Shown piece by piece: positions 38,250 to 50,477 of a stretch of 64,000 nt of DNA. Positions within the stretch are counted from its first letter, which is position 1. Each line of letters opens with the position of its first letter. Under the pieces are notes generated by a model. The model made no database searches. It was not told the origin of the DNA and saw only the letters and a program-made list of their open reading frames with translations. A program made the translations under genes and the position numbers. This DNA comes from Macrostomum hystrix (Eukaryota; Animalia; Platyhelminthes): contig CATNEN010000038.1 in the NCBI GenBank assembly GCA_950097015.1, forward strand, positions 32,426,001 through 32,490,000, in the 5' to 3' direction.

Positions 38250-41200
38250 CCGTTGCTACATTGGCAGAAGCAAACATTTCGTCCTTCCCGAGTCACTTCG
38301 GCGAAAAAAGGCGGTAATCAGCCCTCCAAGTGGCGGAAAAAATTGCTTTCTGTACGCATGCCTTGCCGTTCTGCACCACGGATGCGAGAGTCTTCGAAAG
38401 TCGCCAGTCACTCTCTACATACCGACCATGACTGAGCGAGCTCAATCTGACTGGTGTGCCGCTTCCTATCAGTCTGCACAGCCTAAACAACATCGAGATG
38501 CTGAACCCGACAATCTGCTTCACCGTGCTCACATGGCGAGGTGGAGATGCTGAAGTACTCAGGCAGCCGAAGGCGGCTGTTGCAGCAGGCAGACGTATGG
38601 TCCCATTGTTGTTGCTGCTTACAAAAGATGTGGAAATCGCCAGTCATTGGTGTGGAGTGGTGAGTCTTAAAGGGCTGCTCAACAGAAAAGACGGGCTTCA
38701 TCAGCGCAAGTGATGTGAGCGCTGCCTGTCCGCTTACCGCACGGAGGAACGCCTGCAGCAGCACCGTCAAGACTGCTACCAGTCTGACGAGTTCATCATT
38801 TGCGAAGTGATGCCAGAGGTCGGTAAAAATCTGCTCACTTTCAAGAGCTGGCAGAATACGATCTCTCTGCCTTTTGCTGCATACGCTGACCTCGAAGCCT
38901 TTAACACCCCGTGTAGAGAGAAAGGATCAGCACAACCCAGCTCCGGCAATGTGCACATCTCTGAACATCTGCCTGCAGCAGCGGGCTATATAGTGTTGCA
39001 GACTGCAAATACAGTCGGCCCTGTGAGAGGACAGGAGAGGACAAAGCCTGTCCTCTGGGTCAGCTGAGGACAGTCCGTGATAATATTCAGCTCTTCAAGC
39101 ATGATAGCAGTGAACACTGCATTGAGCTGTTCTTGAACTCTCTAGAGAAATTGGCAAAGGAGATTTACCAATGGAACCGAGCTTACAGCTATCAGAAGAA
39201 AATCATAAACCAGGAAGGTCGCCAGAAGTTTCAAAATGCCAATTAGTGCCACTATTACAGCAAGAAACTGTCTGAGCAAACGTGATAAACACTGGGACCA
39301 TGACCACCTGACTGGACAATTTAAAGGTGGATCCTGTGCAGACTGCAACATGCAGGCCCAGCTTAAGCGTCGCTTCTTGCCAGTATTTTTCATAACCTTG
39401 CTGCATACGATATGCACATTCTGTTCTCAACTGCACTGAGCAGAATAACTGGCTAGAAGCTGAGTGCTGTCCCCCAGACAATGGAGCGTTACCTGTCACT
39501 GAAAGCTGAACTTCAAGTGGATGAGTTCGAGGCGGGTGGAAATCTAAAACCAGTGATGTTTACCATCCAGATTCTGGACTCGATTCAGTTTCTGAACTGC
39601 AGCCTTGAAAGCCTGATGGCCAACATGGACAAGGACAGCTGCACCGTGACCATGCAGATGATGGACAGGTACCCTTATGCTTCATGTGACACCCTATTTT
39701 CCAAGGGAGTCTTTCCCTAAAACTTTGTGAAGAGCGCTACCGATCTGTTGGTCAACAGCATACCAAGCCAGCAGAGCTTCTTCAACGAGCTAACAAAGTT
39801 GCCATACTCAGATTCTACAATCGTGCCCAACGAGCTTGGATTGAGTTCCAATCAGTGAATCTCGGCGAATACATGATGGCTTACCTTGAGCTCGACATTT
39901 GGCAAGATGCTGACGTCTTTGAATCAGCTGAGTCTGAAAGATTATGGGTTAGATCCAGTTCGTTACATATCGACACCAGGACTCACCTTCCACTCAGCTC
40001 TAAAGTCGACGGGAGCCTCCCTGGAGCTTCTCACTGATAGCAACATGTACCGAATGTTTGAACGTGGCATTCGCGGCGGCATGACATTTGTCAATTTTCA
40101 TTGTGTCAAAGCGCGCCCCGCCGATAAAAAACCTAGCCAATTTTCTGCCTGAGCAGTGGCAACCTGATCGAGTTGATCTAATTCCACTCGATGTTAACAA
40201 TCTATATGGAGTTGCGCTCTCAATGCCCCTGCCGGTCGAAGGATTCAGTTGGGTTGATGAAGAAACTGTCTCAACGTGGAATGCCGACACTTTTTTAAAT
40301 TTGCATGACGACTCATCGGTAGGGTTTCTTATTGAAGTTGATCGTACCCAGACGTGATTCATGAGAAAACTCAAGACCTGCCGCTGGTGCCTGAGAAGGG
40401 CACAGTTTCTTTTGAGGACTTTCCCGACTACATGAAGCAGCTCTGGCAACATCTCAGTCCGGATGGAAAATCCTATTATGGCTGCCAGAAGCTTCTCTTA
40501 ACTTGTTTTGACAAGTAGCACTACATTTTGCACTCAAATGTGCTCAGATTCTACCTACAGCAGGGGATGCGCATCCAGAGAATCCACCGGGCAGTGCAGT
40601 TTAAGCAGAGGCCTATATTTGCACCAAAATCCAGAAAAACAGTGAGCGCAATCTGTAATGGCCACTAACGACTTTGAGCGCAACTACTACAAAAATCAAC
40701 TCACTTTTCGGGAAAACTATGGAAAATTTTCCTAAAAGAAGAGACGTGAGAATTTGCACTAATGAGCTACAGGCCAGAGTTTTTGCTTCCAAGCCAACTC
40801 TGAAGGACTTTTCATCATGAAAAAAGGCCTCTCAGTGTTCCAACTGGCCAAGACAAGTGCTCAGCTGGATCGACCCATGCGTCTTAGACAACTCCAAACT
40901 CGTGATGTACAAACTATTCTACGAAGAGCTGAAGAGATTTGAGACATGCAGTGCTACTGCTGAAGCTAGAGCGACACTGTGTGGAGGTGACACAGACTCG
41001 CTTTTTCTGCGTCTGGAAAGTTTGGATGTTGAACGAAGAAGACTGCAAACCATGTCCTGACGGAGATGAGTTGGATCTGCTAGATACCAGCAATTATCCG
41101 ATGCACCAACCGCTCAAGTCAGACCGGCTGAAGGCTAAGCTCAGCTGTCTGAATACGTCAGCTGGTGTTAAGTTTAAGCAATGGATCTTGCTTCAACCCA

Positions 41201-41530
41201 AGCTGTACTCCATGCTTGCAGACGAGAGCGGTGTCGACGGTGGAGAGAGAATCAACAAAAAAAAGCAAAAGGAGTTCAGAGGTCTGTAGTGCGCACCAAG
41301 AACAGCCATCAGAACTATGTGGATGCATTTTTTGCCCTTCAGGAGCTGACAGTCCGCGTCAGAGTGCTTACTGTCGAACAATCAAAAAGGCATTGACAGT
41401 CTGGGAAGACAAGCGAGCCTGGACTGACGCCAATATCAGTATTCCATTCGGACACTGCGCCCTTCAAGGGCAATCACTGATTCTAGAAAGACGAATGAAG
41501 TCTTTTATCGATAGTTGCAGCAGAATGGAG
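38250..41530 (+). mobile_element. Decayed protein-primed family B DNA polymerase of Polinton/Maverick/adintovirus type
   Basis: Collinear motifs: YADLEA, DHDHLTGQFKG..C..CN, LPVFFHNL, ILDSIQFL, KGVFP, YGLDP, RGIRGG, DVNNLYG, LFGKTMEN, GDTDSLF, DTSNYP, PKLYS, KKAKGV, DKR, PFGH; many stops and frameshifts. Confidence 0.9.
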
Positions 41531-41778
41531 ACCAAGCAAATGCGAGGGGTAGACTGATTTCTCAGTCGGAGTGTCAATTTTCGCATGAACATTTGCATAC
41601 CTGGGTTACGAAGTTTCCCACCTTCGTGTCAGCATTTCAGCAAGACTATATTAAAGATTCGAGGAAATTGGGGGGTTCGAGGAAATCCAATCAGCTACGA
41701 AGGTACAAAATATAAAACAAGTCAGACGCACTGACGCGAGTACCGCAACAATGGCTGCGCCAGCGGCCCTTCTGTGCA

Positions 41779-42906
41779 GTGACGCTGCGCCCCGTTGACA
41801 TGGATCTCCGTGCGTGCCACGAGAAGCAACACTTCGGGGTGGACAGGACGCTCTATCAGGCCAAACTGCTGTGCTTCCCTGAACGTGAGGTACTACGTGA
41901 AGAGGTTGAGCGCGCCGTAGCAAACTGCATCCGATGCAAGTCCGTAGACCCTGCGCCGATGAGTTGGGACCATGGCAGTCTCGAGGTGGATGCAAACTGG
42001 TGGCGCTTGGCCTGCGACGTGACCCACTTTAAGGACGACCGCTATCTGTCCATTGTTGACTGCGGGCCGAGCAGATTCTCGCTGCATGGCGAAAACTCAC
42101 CGACGAGCGGACAGCGTCAATTACCGGGATACTCGTGCAGGTGTTCCGAGAGCGGGGCCCTCCCTGGCAGCTGCTTCTCGACAATTCACCGACCTTCCGC
42201 TCCGCTGAGGTGCGTGCGTTCTGTGAGGCTTGGGGAGTGCAGCTCCTCTTTCGCTCAGTCAGGCAACGGAATAGTCGAGCGTAATCATCGGACGATTAAG
42301 CGGATGGCAGCCAGAACCGGAAAGGACCTGCTGGACATGGTGTTCTGGTACAACATGGCTCCAAAGGATGGCACTCGCAAAGACAGCGTGCCCAGCAGAA
42401 TGGTCAGCACCTATGACTGGAAGCCGCCAACTGTGTCTCTCCCCGAGGCCTTGGAGACCTTGGAGGCAAACCCCGCCCTGCCAGTGGGAACAGAAGTGTT
42501 TGTTAAACCGCCGGCCGTCAGATGCACCGACGAGTGGCCTAGGGGACGCGTGACGGACCAGAGACAAGGGTCTACGGTGTAGGTCGATGGCCTTCCCCGT
42601 CACGTAGCTGACGTCCGCCCAGCACCAGACACGCAACCGCAGCCACCTGGGGTGGAGCGAGCTGTCGATCGGGATGCCGAACCACGACGGTCAAATAGGG
42701 TGAAGTCGGCGCCGGTCCGCTACGAACCTTGATGTGATCCGGAGATCAGGGGGTGATGTGTTGTACTTCTATGTGCGTTGTACTTTCATTATATAGAAAC
42801 TAGTAATCCACCGTTGCAGTAAAATATCCCATAGACAATTTATTCTACCTGTTTGATTGAGAGGCCCCCGTTAAGAGCGTCTGTGGCTCTAGCTTTTGTA
42901 CTAGCA
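41779..42906 (+). mobile_element. Gypsy-type LTR retrotransposon 3' fragment: integrase, polypurine tract, probable short 3' LTR
   Basis: H..H...C..C zinc finger, WWRLACDVTH, VDCGPSRF, LLDNSPTF (other frame), GNGIVERNHRTIK; GAGATCAGGGGGTGA followed by TGTG at 42757. Confidence 0.82.
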
Positions 42907-43002
42907 TGTTTTGCCCCCCTTCGGGGAGCAGAAATATTTTTAATTCGTCTTGTATATACTTTTAGCAGCTGTATTTTCGGCTTTTAAAAGCTACAATGTT
43001 CA

Positions 43003-43712
43003 CCCAGTTGACGATGATCCCCCAGTTGACAACGATCCCCCAGTTGACCATGATCCCCCAGTTGACAATGATCCGCCAGTTGACAATGATCACCCAGTTG
43101 ACAATGATCCCCCAGTTGACAATGATCCCCCAGTTGACAATTTTCCCCCAGTTGACAACGATCCCCCAGTTGACAATGATACCCCAGTTGAAAATGGTCC
43201 CCCAGTTGACAATGATCCCCCAGTTGACAATGATCCGCCAGTTGACAATGTTCCCCAAGTTGACAATGATCCCCCAGTTGACAATGATCACCCAGTTGAC
43301 AATGATCCCCCAGTTCATGATGATCACCCAGTTGACAATGATCCCCCAGTTGACAATGATCCTCCAGTTGACTATGATCCCCCAGTTGACAACGATCCCC
43401 CAGCTGACAATGATCCCCCAGATGACAATGATCCCCCAGTTGACAATGATACCCCAGTTGACAATGATCCCCCAGTTGGCCATGATCCCCTAGTTGACAA
43501 TGATCCCCGAGTTGACAATGATCTCCCCGTTGACAATGATCACCCAGTTGACAATGATACCCCAGTTGACAATGATACCCCAGTTGACAATGATACCCCA
43601 GTTGACAATGATCCCCCAGATGACAATGATCACCCAGTTGACAATGATCTTCCAGTTGACAATGATCTCCCATTTGATGATGACTCCCCATTGATGATGA
43701 TGCCTAGTTGAC
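43003..43712. repeat. 18-bp minisatellite, consensus CCAGTTGACAATGATCCC, about 39 units
   Basis: Head-to-tail units with point variants and no unique spacers. Confidence 0.95.
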
Positions 43713-43887
43713 AATGTTGCCCAGTTGAATTTTTATATTAGCTTCCTTTGTAGAAAATTGAGAAGAACAACAATTAAGTGAATATTAGGCAAAATAATTA
43801 TCATACAAATATATATCATTATGACATTATGAGATAACAAACTCAAAATGTCGAGAATTCAATTCAATGACAAAAGAAAACTTTTGT

Positions 43888-43944
43888 CATGATTCAAACT
43901 GTGGTTTAGCCATGATTCAAACGCTGGTTTAACCAAGATTCAAA
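43888..43944. repeat. 23-bp tandem repeat CATGATTCAAAC..TGGTTTA(G/A)C, about 2.5 units
   Basis: Directly visible. Confidence 0.6.
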
Positions 43945-43996
43945 ATCTCCTCATTAGTTTGAACTCCAGAGTAGTGCTGAATCAGCTGCTGGTAAT

Positions 43997-44330
43997 TCAT
44001 ACAACTCTTTTTTCACGGATCTGAATTGTTAACAAAACTGCTGGACTGCTGGAATGCGCGATCAATAGGCTGTCAAAAATATCTCGCAACTGCACTCGAA
44101 TACCATACAAATAGATAACTCTCAGAATGGTGAAGAATATCGTTTTCTTAAAGACTTTGCTCACATAGCCATCCCATTCAATGTCATCCATCATTCTAAC
44201 AGTTCTCAGCAGGGAACTATGGTTGCAGTTGGTTGCTCAATGATGCTGCAGTGCACATTGATTAGGTTGGTGCGCGGGCAGCCGATGAACTGCTCAGATA
44301 CGATACCAGCCAGTGCAGAGTGCTTTTGTA
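43997..44330 (-). mobile_element. Degenerate LINE RT C-terminal remnant (CR1-like)
   Basis: LHWLVSYLS and DDIEWDGYVSKVFKK...LRVIYLYG...QLRDIF resemble non-LTR RT and thumb motifs. Confidence 0.4.
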
Positions 44331-44759
44331 GGTGAAATAACGCCACATCTTTTTTTTAGAGTTCGATTCAATCTTTCTACGACAGCGGCCTTCTTCTCAC
44401 TATTAGTTCTAAATGCTAGAATTCCACTATCAATACAGAACGAAAAAAGACGAAATCTAGAGTTTGCAAATTGTTTTCCTTGATCTGAGCGAACTGTTCG
44501 AGGCTCTTTGTGCTCTTCAAAATGGACTCAAATGCGGATTTCAAACCAGCCGCTGACTTTGTTTTCATGCGGTTTTCATGAGGCTTGGCCGAATTTAACG
44601 AGTCTAAAAGTCTAAAAGTCAGAAAGTATTTAGTAGCTTAATTATGTTGCACAAAAACGTTTATTATTGTGGAGAAGGCACCAAAGAAGCTGATGTATCA
44701 ACATTAAATCCTTATGCTGTTACGCAGCCATTTGAGCTTCATAGCGAAACTTGTGAATC

Positions 44760-44951
44760 CTAATCGCGGCATGGCTCGTTCTCAGACAGAGTATTGCACT
44801 TGTCCAACCACCAGTCCATACAGTAGTTACCCGGAGTTGTCTGGCATCTAAGAGGCAGGAACTGAGCAGGATCTGGCTGGCATGTGCAACCCTCGACCGT
44901 GATGGAGGTGGCCAAACAGAACAGCAGAGCAGCGATCAACAGTAGCTTCAT
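44760..44951 (-). CDS. Secreted 6-Cys peptide precursor, copy 4
   Basis: Same protein as copy 1; long upstream region retained. Confidence 0.85.
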   Translation of the reverse strand: MKLLLIAALLFCLATSITVEGCTCQPDPAQFLPLRCQTTPGNYCMDWWLDKCNTLSENEPCRD

Positions 44952-47900
44952 AGTTGCGCAGTAGAATTCACGAACTGGTTGGTTGCTGAGAAGATTGCTT
45001 GGAGAAATTCGCTGCTGAGAAGACTTGCCTTGAGAGTCTTGCGATTGTCTTGCTTTTATACACACCAGACAGGAAGTGATTTGGTAATTGACACGTTACT
45101 TACTATCTTTACTGCTTTCCACTAGTAGACTGAGCGATTCACCATTGGTCACTGTGAAACTGAGGGTTATATTGGTGCACCTTTGATGGGAAATGACATT
45201 TTAGCGTTAAAATCATTGTGCCTAAACATTTAACCAGAGGACGAGTCAAGTAGGAGGCTACAAGAGAATAAATAGCAAGCAATAAACTCGAATTTAAGAC
45301 TGCAAAACACTTCAGTCTAGGACATTATGACAAAATTTAGTGCTAAATATAGAAAGATCATACTCACTCGCACTCGTACTAAAAGTGCGAGGCTGCAATG
45401 AGGGTCTCCCCCGGCTATGTTTCCTTTTTACAGTTAGCAATTAAGGCCGCTAGACATCTCAAGTTATTTTGCACCTATCCCTTCTTTTAATCGAGAGATG
45501 AAGTCCCGTCCTGCAAAAAGCCAAGGGTCATTCAATCGCATTCAGTTTTTCATCGGACAGTGTACAAAAATCGCAAATAATTTAACAGTCACAACGTATG
45601 TGGGCGCTCCTTTATAGATTATTTTATTTATAAGAAAACTATTCTTTTATTTAAATATATATATATATCCATTTAAATAAATAAATTAATTAAAGTTATA
45701 GGGCTCCATTTCATGTTTCTTTATGGCTTTAATCCGTGCGCATGCAGACTGAGCGCAGCCACAACAAAATAGCTCGTACATTAGAAAACTCCAGAGGCTA
45801 CGCTGTCGCAGACTCCGTCAGACAATACAACTTAATCCCGTACTTCGCTTTCTTGTATAGAGATTATTTATACCCAGTGTACGATTATAAATTTTGTCCT
45901 TTTTGCATAGTTTTGAGAAATATCTGTGGAACAACTTTCAGTTCGTCTGTTGGCTCCATACAGTTAATTCATTTACAATCGTTTACACCTGAAATGACTT
46001 CGAGATAATCATATAAACTTTAATAGCCAATGCATTTTAAAATAATCTGTCCTTCTTCTCTATCGACAGCTGCTCGTTCAAAGTCAAACAAAAGTCTGTT
46101 TTGCTCGAAACAAAGCTAATGGGGTATATCTTGCGGCATCCAGCATATGCAAACATGTCTGCATCTTGACAATTGTCTATATCGTCAAAGACACGCAGGA
46201 ATTGTGTTAAGCCAAAATCTGTTAGACCGTTTTAATAAATTTTAAATGGAAGGACGAAAGTTTCTCCATTCGCAGAAGCCAGTCGTGAAGTTGCAAATCA
46301 AGTTGAAAAAAGTATTAAGAATATGTACTTATATTATTTTTTTGTTAGATTTCATCCATTTTGAGCGATTTCAGACAGTTGGAGTGTCCTTCTTTTGCAT
46401 GTGATGTTTCGGAGATTGTTCTATGGAACTGATTTTGAATAAATCTCTTATAACGCCTTTGAGTTTTAACTAAAGGGAATTAAGGCATCATTACCGTTTT
46501 ATGTAATTTTACAATGTAAATAATGATAACTACGAGTATATACCAGGCCTTAGAGACTGGCATGAAGATGTTTTCATTGCCAATGCCTACATGGTTGTAC
46601 ATTGTATTTACTCGTAGTTTTGTCAATAAAAAGCGTCTACAAATTATAGCAAAGCAAAAAGCCTATGTATATTTTCAGAAAAAGAATTATTTCACAATGA
46701 TTCAATAGTCACTTCCTGTTGAATGGGCAAGCAAAAGCAACATGCGGAAGTCAATGTCACATTAGCTTCTCTATCGGAAAGTCATTCAGTCAGATTGTGA
46801 GCCGAAAGTGTACCAGATTTATTTTGTTAGTTTTTGTCAGACCTCAGAAGTGTTTAACATTACACTAATGAATCGCCCGTATCTCTACTAACGTATCCAC
46901 TCTAGAGCTACTAGAATTATCTAGCGCAATAGTGGTACAGCATGTCGATTGGTAGAAAAAGCAATTCTATGTTAAAACGTTTGTAGAAACCAACGCAAAG
47001 CCACAGTCCAGCCGAACAGAATCTTTTTTTGAAAATTAAGCAATTTTTGAAAAAAAGCTAAAAGCCTTTCATAGAAAAACAAATGCCTCATGTCTGCCAA
47101 ACGAAACGAATTTTAGCCTGGGCTTGCGCAATTACCAATTGTTTCACTTGACCCAGATTTAAAATGGCTACGTCTGCAGTCTCGGATGATTTTTCAACAA
47201 TTTTTAAACTCCTTTAGGAGCAGGAGCAAGTCGACCAGCAGGGCCTTTCTGTGCTCAATTTTACGCCGACGACTGCGCTGGGCCTGCCTTCTGCTAGTGA
47301 GGCGGTTGATAGCTAGCAAGGCAGTGTTCTAGCGGCAGTTGTCGGTCGCTAGCTGAATTTCGCTTACTGCTTCTTCGATGAAGATTCAGTCCGCTCAGAG
47401 TAGCTGAGTGGCAGCAGCTGCAGCAGCAGAGAAGCTGGCCAACCAAAAGGTCTGTATCTAAGCTCTGTACATGTGGCCTCGCTAGTTCTATCGCAGGGTC
47501 GCACACAGATGAGCAGCGTGACGTTCATGGCCAGCAACCTGGCGGTGGCTCGAACTTCCAGTTTCTCGGGGCAGCATTCGATGACATGAGTACTCTGTCT
47601 CAGCTTAGATTGGAACAGCACTATGATTATGATGGTAGCTGACTTTAAGCAAACGACAGGCAGCACTATGGTTATTATGTTGCCGTGTTTTTTAGCGTGG
47701 AAGATAATAAATCGATCGGAACGGAGTATTATGAGGATCTGCTGACTGCTTCTTCTTCTCCCGACTGATCCTCGGCGTGGGCATGTTAGGAGCCAAATCT
47801 AAATATAAAAGCGGCCCTGTCTGTTTCAAAACTTACTTATTTATAGCAAGTAAGTAACGTGTCAGTTACCAAATCACTTCCTGTCTGGTGTGTATAAAAG

Positions 47901-48001
47901 CAAGACAATCGCAAGACTCTCAAGGCAAGTCTTCTCAGCAGCGAATTTCTCCAAGCAATCTTCTCAGCAACCAACCAGTTCGTGAATTCTACTGCGCAAC
48001 T

Positions 48002-48193
48002 ATGAAGCTACTGTTGATCGCTGCTCTGCTGTTATGTTTGGCCACCTCCATCACGGTCGAGGGTTGCACATGCCAGCCAGATCCTGCTCAGTTCCTGCCT
48101 CTTAGATGCCAGACAACTCCGGGTAACTACTGTATGGACTGGTGGTTGGACAAGTGCAATACTCTGTCTGAGAACGAGCCATGCCGCGATTAG
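48002..48193 (+). CDS. Secreted 6-Cys peptide precursor, copy 5 (F11L in signal peptide)
   Basis: TTC>TTA in the signal peptide; mature peptide unchanged. Confidence 0.85.
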   Translation: MKLLLIAALLLCLATSITVEGCTCQPDPAQFLPLRCQTTPGNYCMDWWLDKCNTLSENEPCRD

Positions 48194-49126
48194 GATTCAC
48201 AAGTTTCGCTATGAAGCTCAAATGGCTGCGTAACAGCATAAGGATTTAATGTTGATACATCAGCTTCTTTGGTGCCTTCTCCACAATAATAAACGTTTTT
48301 GTGCAACATAATTAAGCTACTAAATACTTTCAGACTTTTAGACTCGTTAAATTCCGAGTCATACGCATTGTGCGCAATCAGGCAAAAAACTGACACGTTG
48401 AATTAGACATTTATTGGCTATAATTGAACTACCTATTTTTGTCTTGACAATAATAACTTGGAGTATTGAATCTATCCTGGCAGCGGAATCAGCACTCATG
48501 GTCTTCCAGGGCTCGGCTGACCTCATCCATGTTGATTGGACCGGTATTGTAAAGGACAGGGTCAGATAGGACAAAGTCTGGGTTTAGAAGTAGCAGTTCC
48601 GATGGGTTTTTTATATAATATGATTTTTTAATAGTTATTAGCAATAACTTTATGCCAGTTAGTCTTTTCTTTATAATAAAGGCATGCATGAGATAGAAGG
48701 GAACAAAATAAAGAGTCATCATAATAGTTCAGTTAAAAGTTATTTTTGAAAATCGGAATTTTTTAAACAACCTGTATAGCTTCACACAGCTTTAAACTTC
48801 CATTTCAGTTTAACAAAACTATTTTCGTATAGCCTAACTTCCAGCTTAATCGACTGGGGACCGAAAAACTGGTAAAATGCAGTGCACATGCAAGGGCTAC
48901 AGCACCGTTGAATTGTAAGCAAAATATGAAATCCTAGAAGATTCTCGCCACACCCAGACTGGGCATTCTGGTGGAAAATTCTAAAGCTAATACGTACGGA
49001 GACATTCAAAGGACGAAAATAAGAAGATACGGAATTGAGAGTGACAAAGGTATAAATAATTGTCCACTTAAACCAATCAAACCTCACTAAGCTGACCGTC
49101 ACACGACAGTAAAAGTCCGTTCAATA

Positions 49127-50477
49127 ATGAACACTTTTTCGTACGTTGGAGATCCCGATGGTAAGTTGCTGAGTATTCATTGAGAAAAGTCTCACGTGTG
49201 CCTAATTTACACAAGTTTAATATCCGTGACGATACAACAAAAATTTTCAGGGTACAGAGATTTCATGAGAAAACGCTTTAATAATACAATCTCAGATGAA
49301 ACAATAGCCATATACTACAGTAAGACTGTTCAAACGTACTGGATAAGAGTTTTGAAATATGGAGTTGGATGGTCCAAAGCTGTCGGCTTTCCTCTCGGCC
49401 TGCTACTACAGATTCTCGCAGTCATTTTCCTAGCTCGTGGAAACACTGGCTTCTCAAGGTCAGCCAGAAAATGGTTCTTGGTCGTTGTTTGTGCAGACAT
49501 TGCGGGCACATTGTACCGCACATACGAGCTACTCGAAGAGGACTTTTACTTGTCTAACCCGTTTGCATCGGGAGGACCTGGTTATGACATAATGTTTCTG
49601 ATGTGGGGTCTGAGGAACTGGGATCACAGGTTCATCCAGAATGTGATGTGCCGCGTGTTCTTCATCATCATTTACTTCCCGCTCTACCTGTCTCCGATCG
49701 CCCTGACCATCAGCTCGATGATTCGCTGCTACTGCGTCAAGTTTCCTCTCGAATCGAAAGCCAAACTGACCAGCCGTCTCGACATTGGCCTGATCTTCCT
49801 GGCCTCGTTCCTGGCCCTAGCCATCTCGACAGTTCTCGGCGCCCTGATCATTGAAGGATGGTCCGGAAATTATGAAGTTAACATCAATAGCGTCAAGGTG
49901 TTTATTGGAAGGTGCGATCTGCCTGCCTATCAGCTGATCAACAGCAACAGGGGATTGCAAACCATTGGTTTTATTTTTATGCTAATGGTTACATTTTTCA
50001 TTTGCTTTTTGAACATGCTGTCAGCCACCATCATAATCGTAGTGCTGTTCCAGTCTAGGCGAGACAGAGTTCTCATGTCATCGAATGCTGCCTCCGAGAA
50101 GCCGGAGATTCGAGCCACCGCCAGGTTGCTGGCCATGAACGTCACGCTGCTCATCTGCTTCTTCTTCTCCCGACTGCTCCTTGTCGTCAGCACGAGGATC
50201 GACAACATCGCGGACCCCGTCTTGTGTAAGATTCGTAGCCTCTATTTAGCTTTGAGTGAGTTCCTCACTGGAAGCTGGCTGTAACTCCCGCTGCCTTGCA
50301 GATTCCGTATTCGATCGAGTCTCAGCGTTTCTGGTCCACATCCCGTACTTCACCAATTCGCTGTTTATCGCCGGTCTGTCCAGAAGCTTCTTCAGATTCT
50401 ACCTGCCCTGCTTGAGGGGTGCGAAGCTGAGGCTGACGTCCTCTGACAGCCAGAAAACTAATGGATTGCCAAATTGA
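49127..50477 (+). CDS. Orphan 7TM receptor, paralogue 3; exons 49127-49160, 49251-50225, 50302-50477 (394 aa)
   Basis: MNTFSYVGDPDG|gtaag..tttcag|GYRDF; DPVL-T|gtaag..ttgcag|AT (YSVFDRV); TATAAATA at 49051. Confidence 0.92.

Noticed and set aside
41779-42582. Polinton integrase partnering the pPolB
   Set aside because: Motifs and the downstream PPT/LTR indicate an independent Gypsy-type element, much less decayed than the polymerase.
43003-43712. CRISPR-like array
   Set aside because: Contiguous 18-bp units without unique spacers, eukaryotic context, no cas genes.
50226-50284. Receptor ORF C-termini such as CKIRSLYLALSEFLTGSWL (6-TM truncated receptors)
   Set aside because: Read-through into intron 2; splicing supplies TM7 in all six genes.
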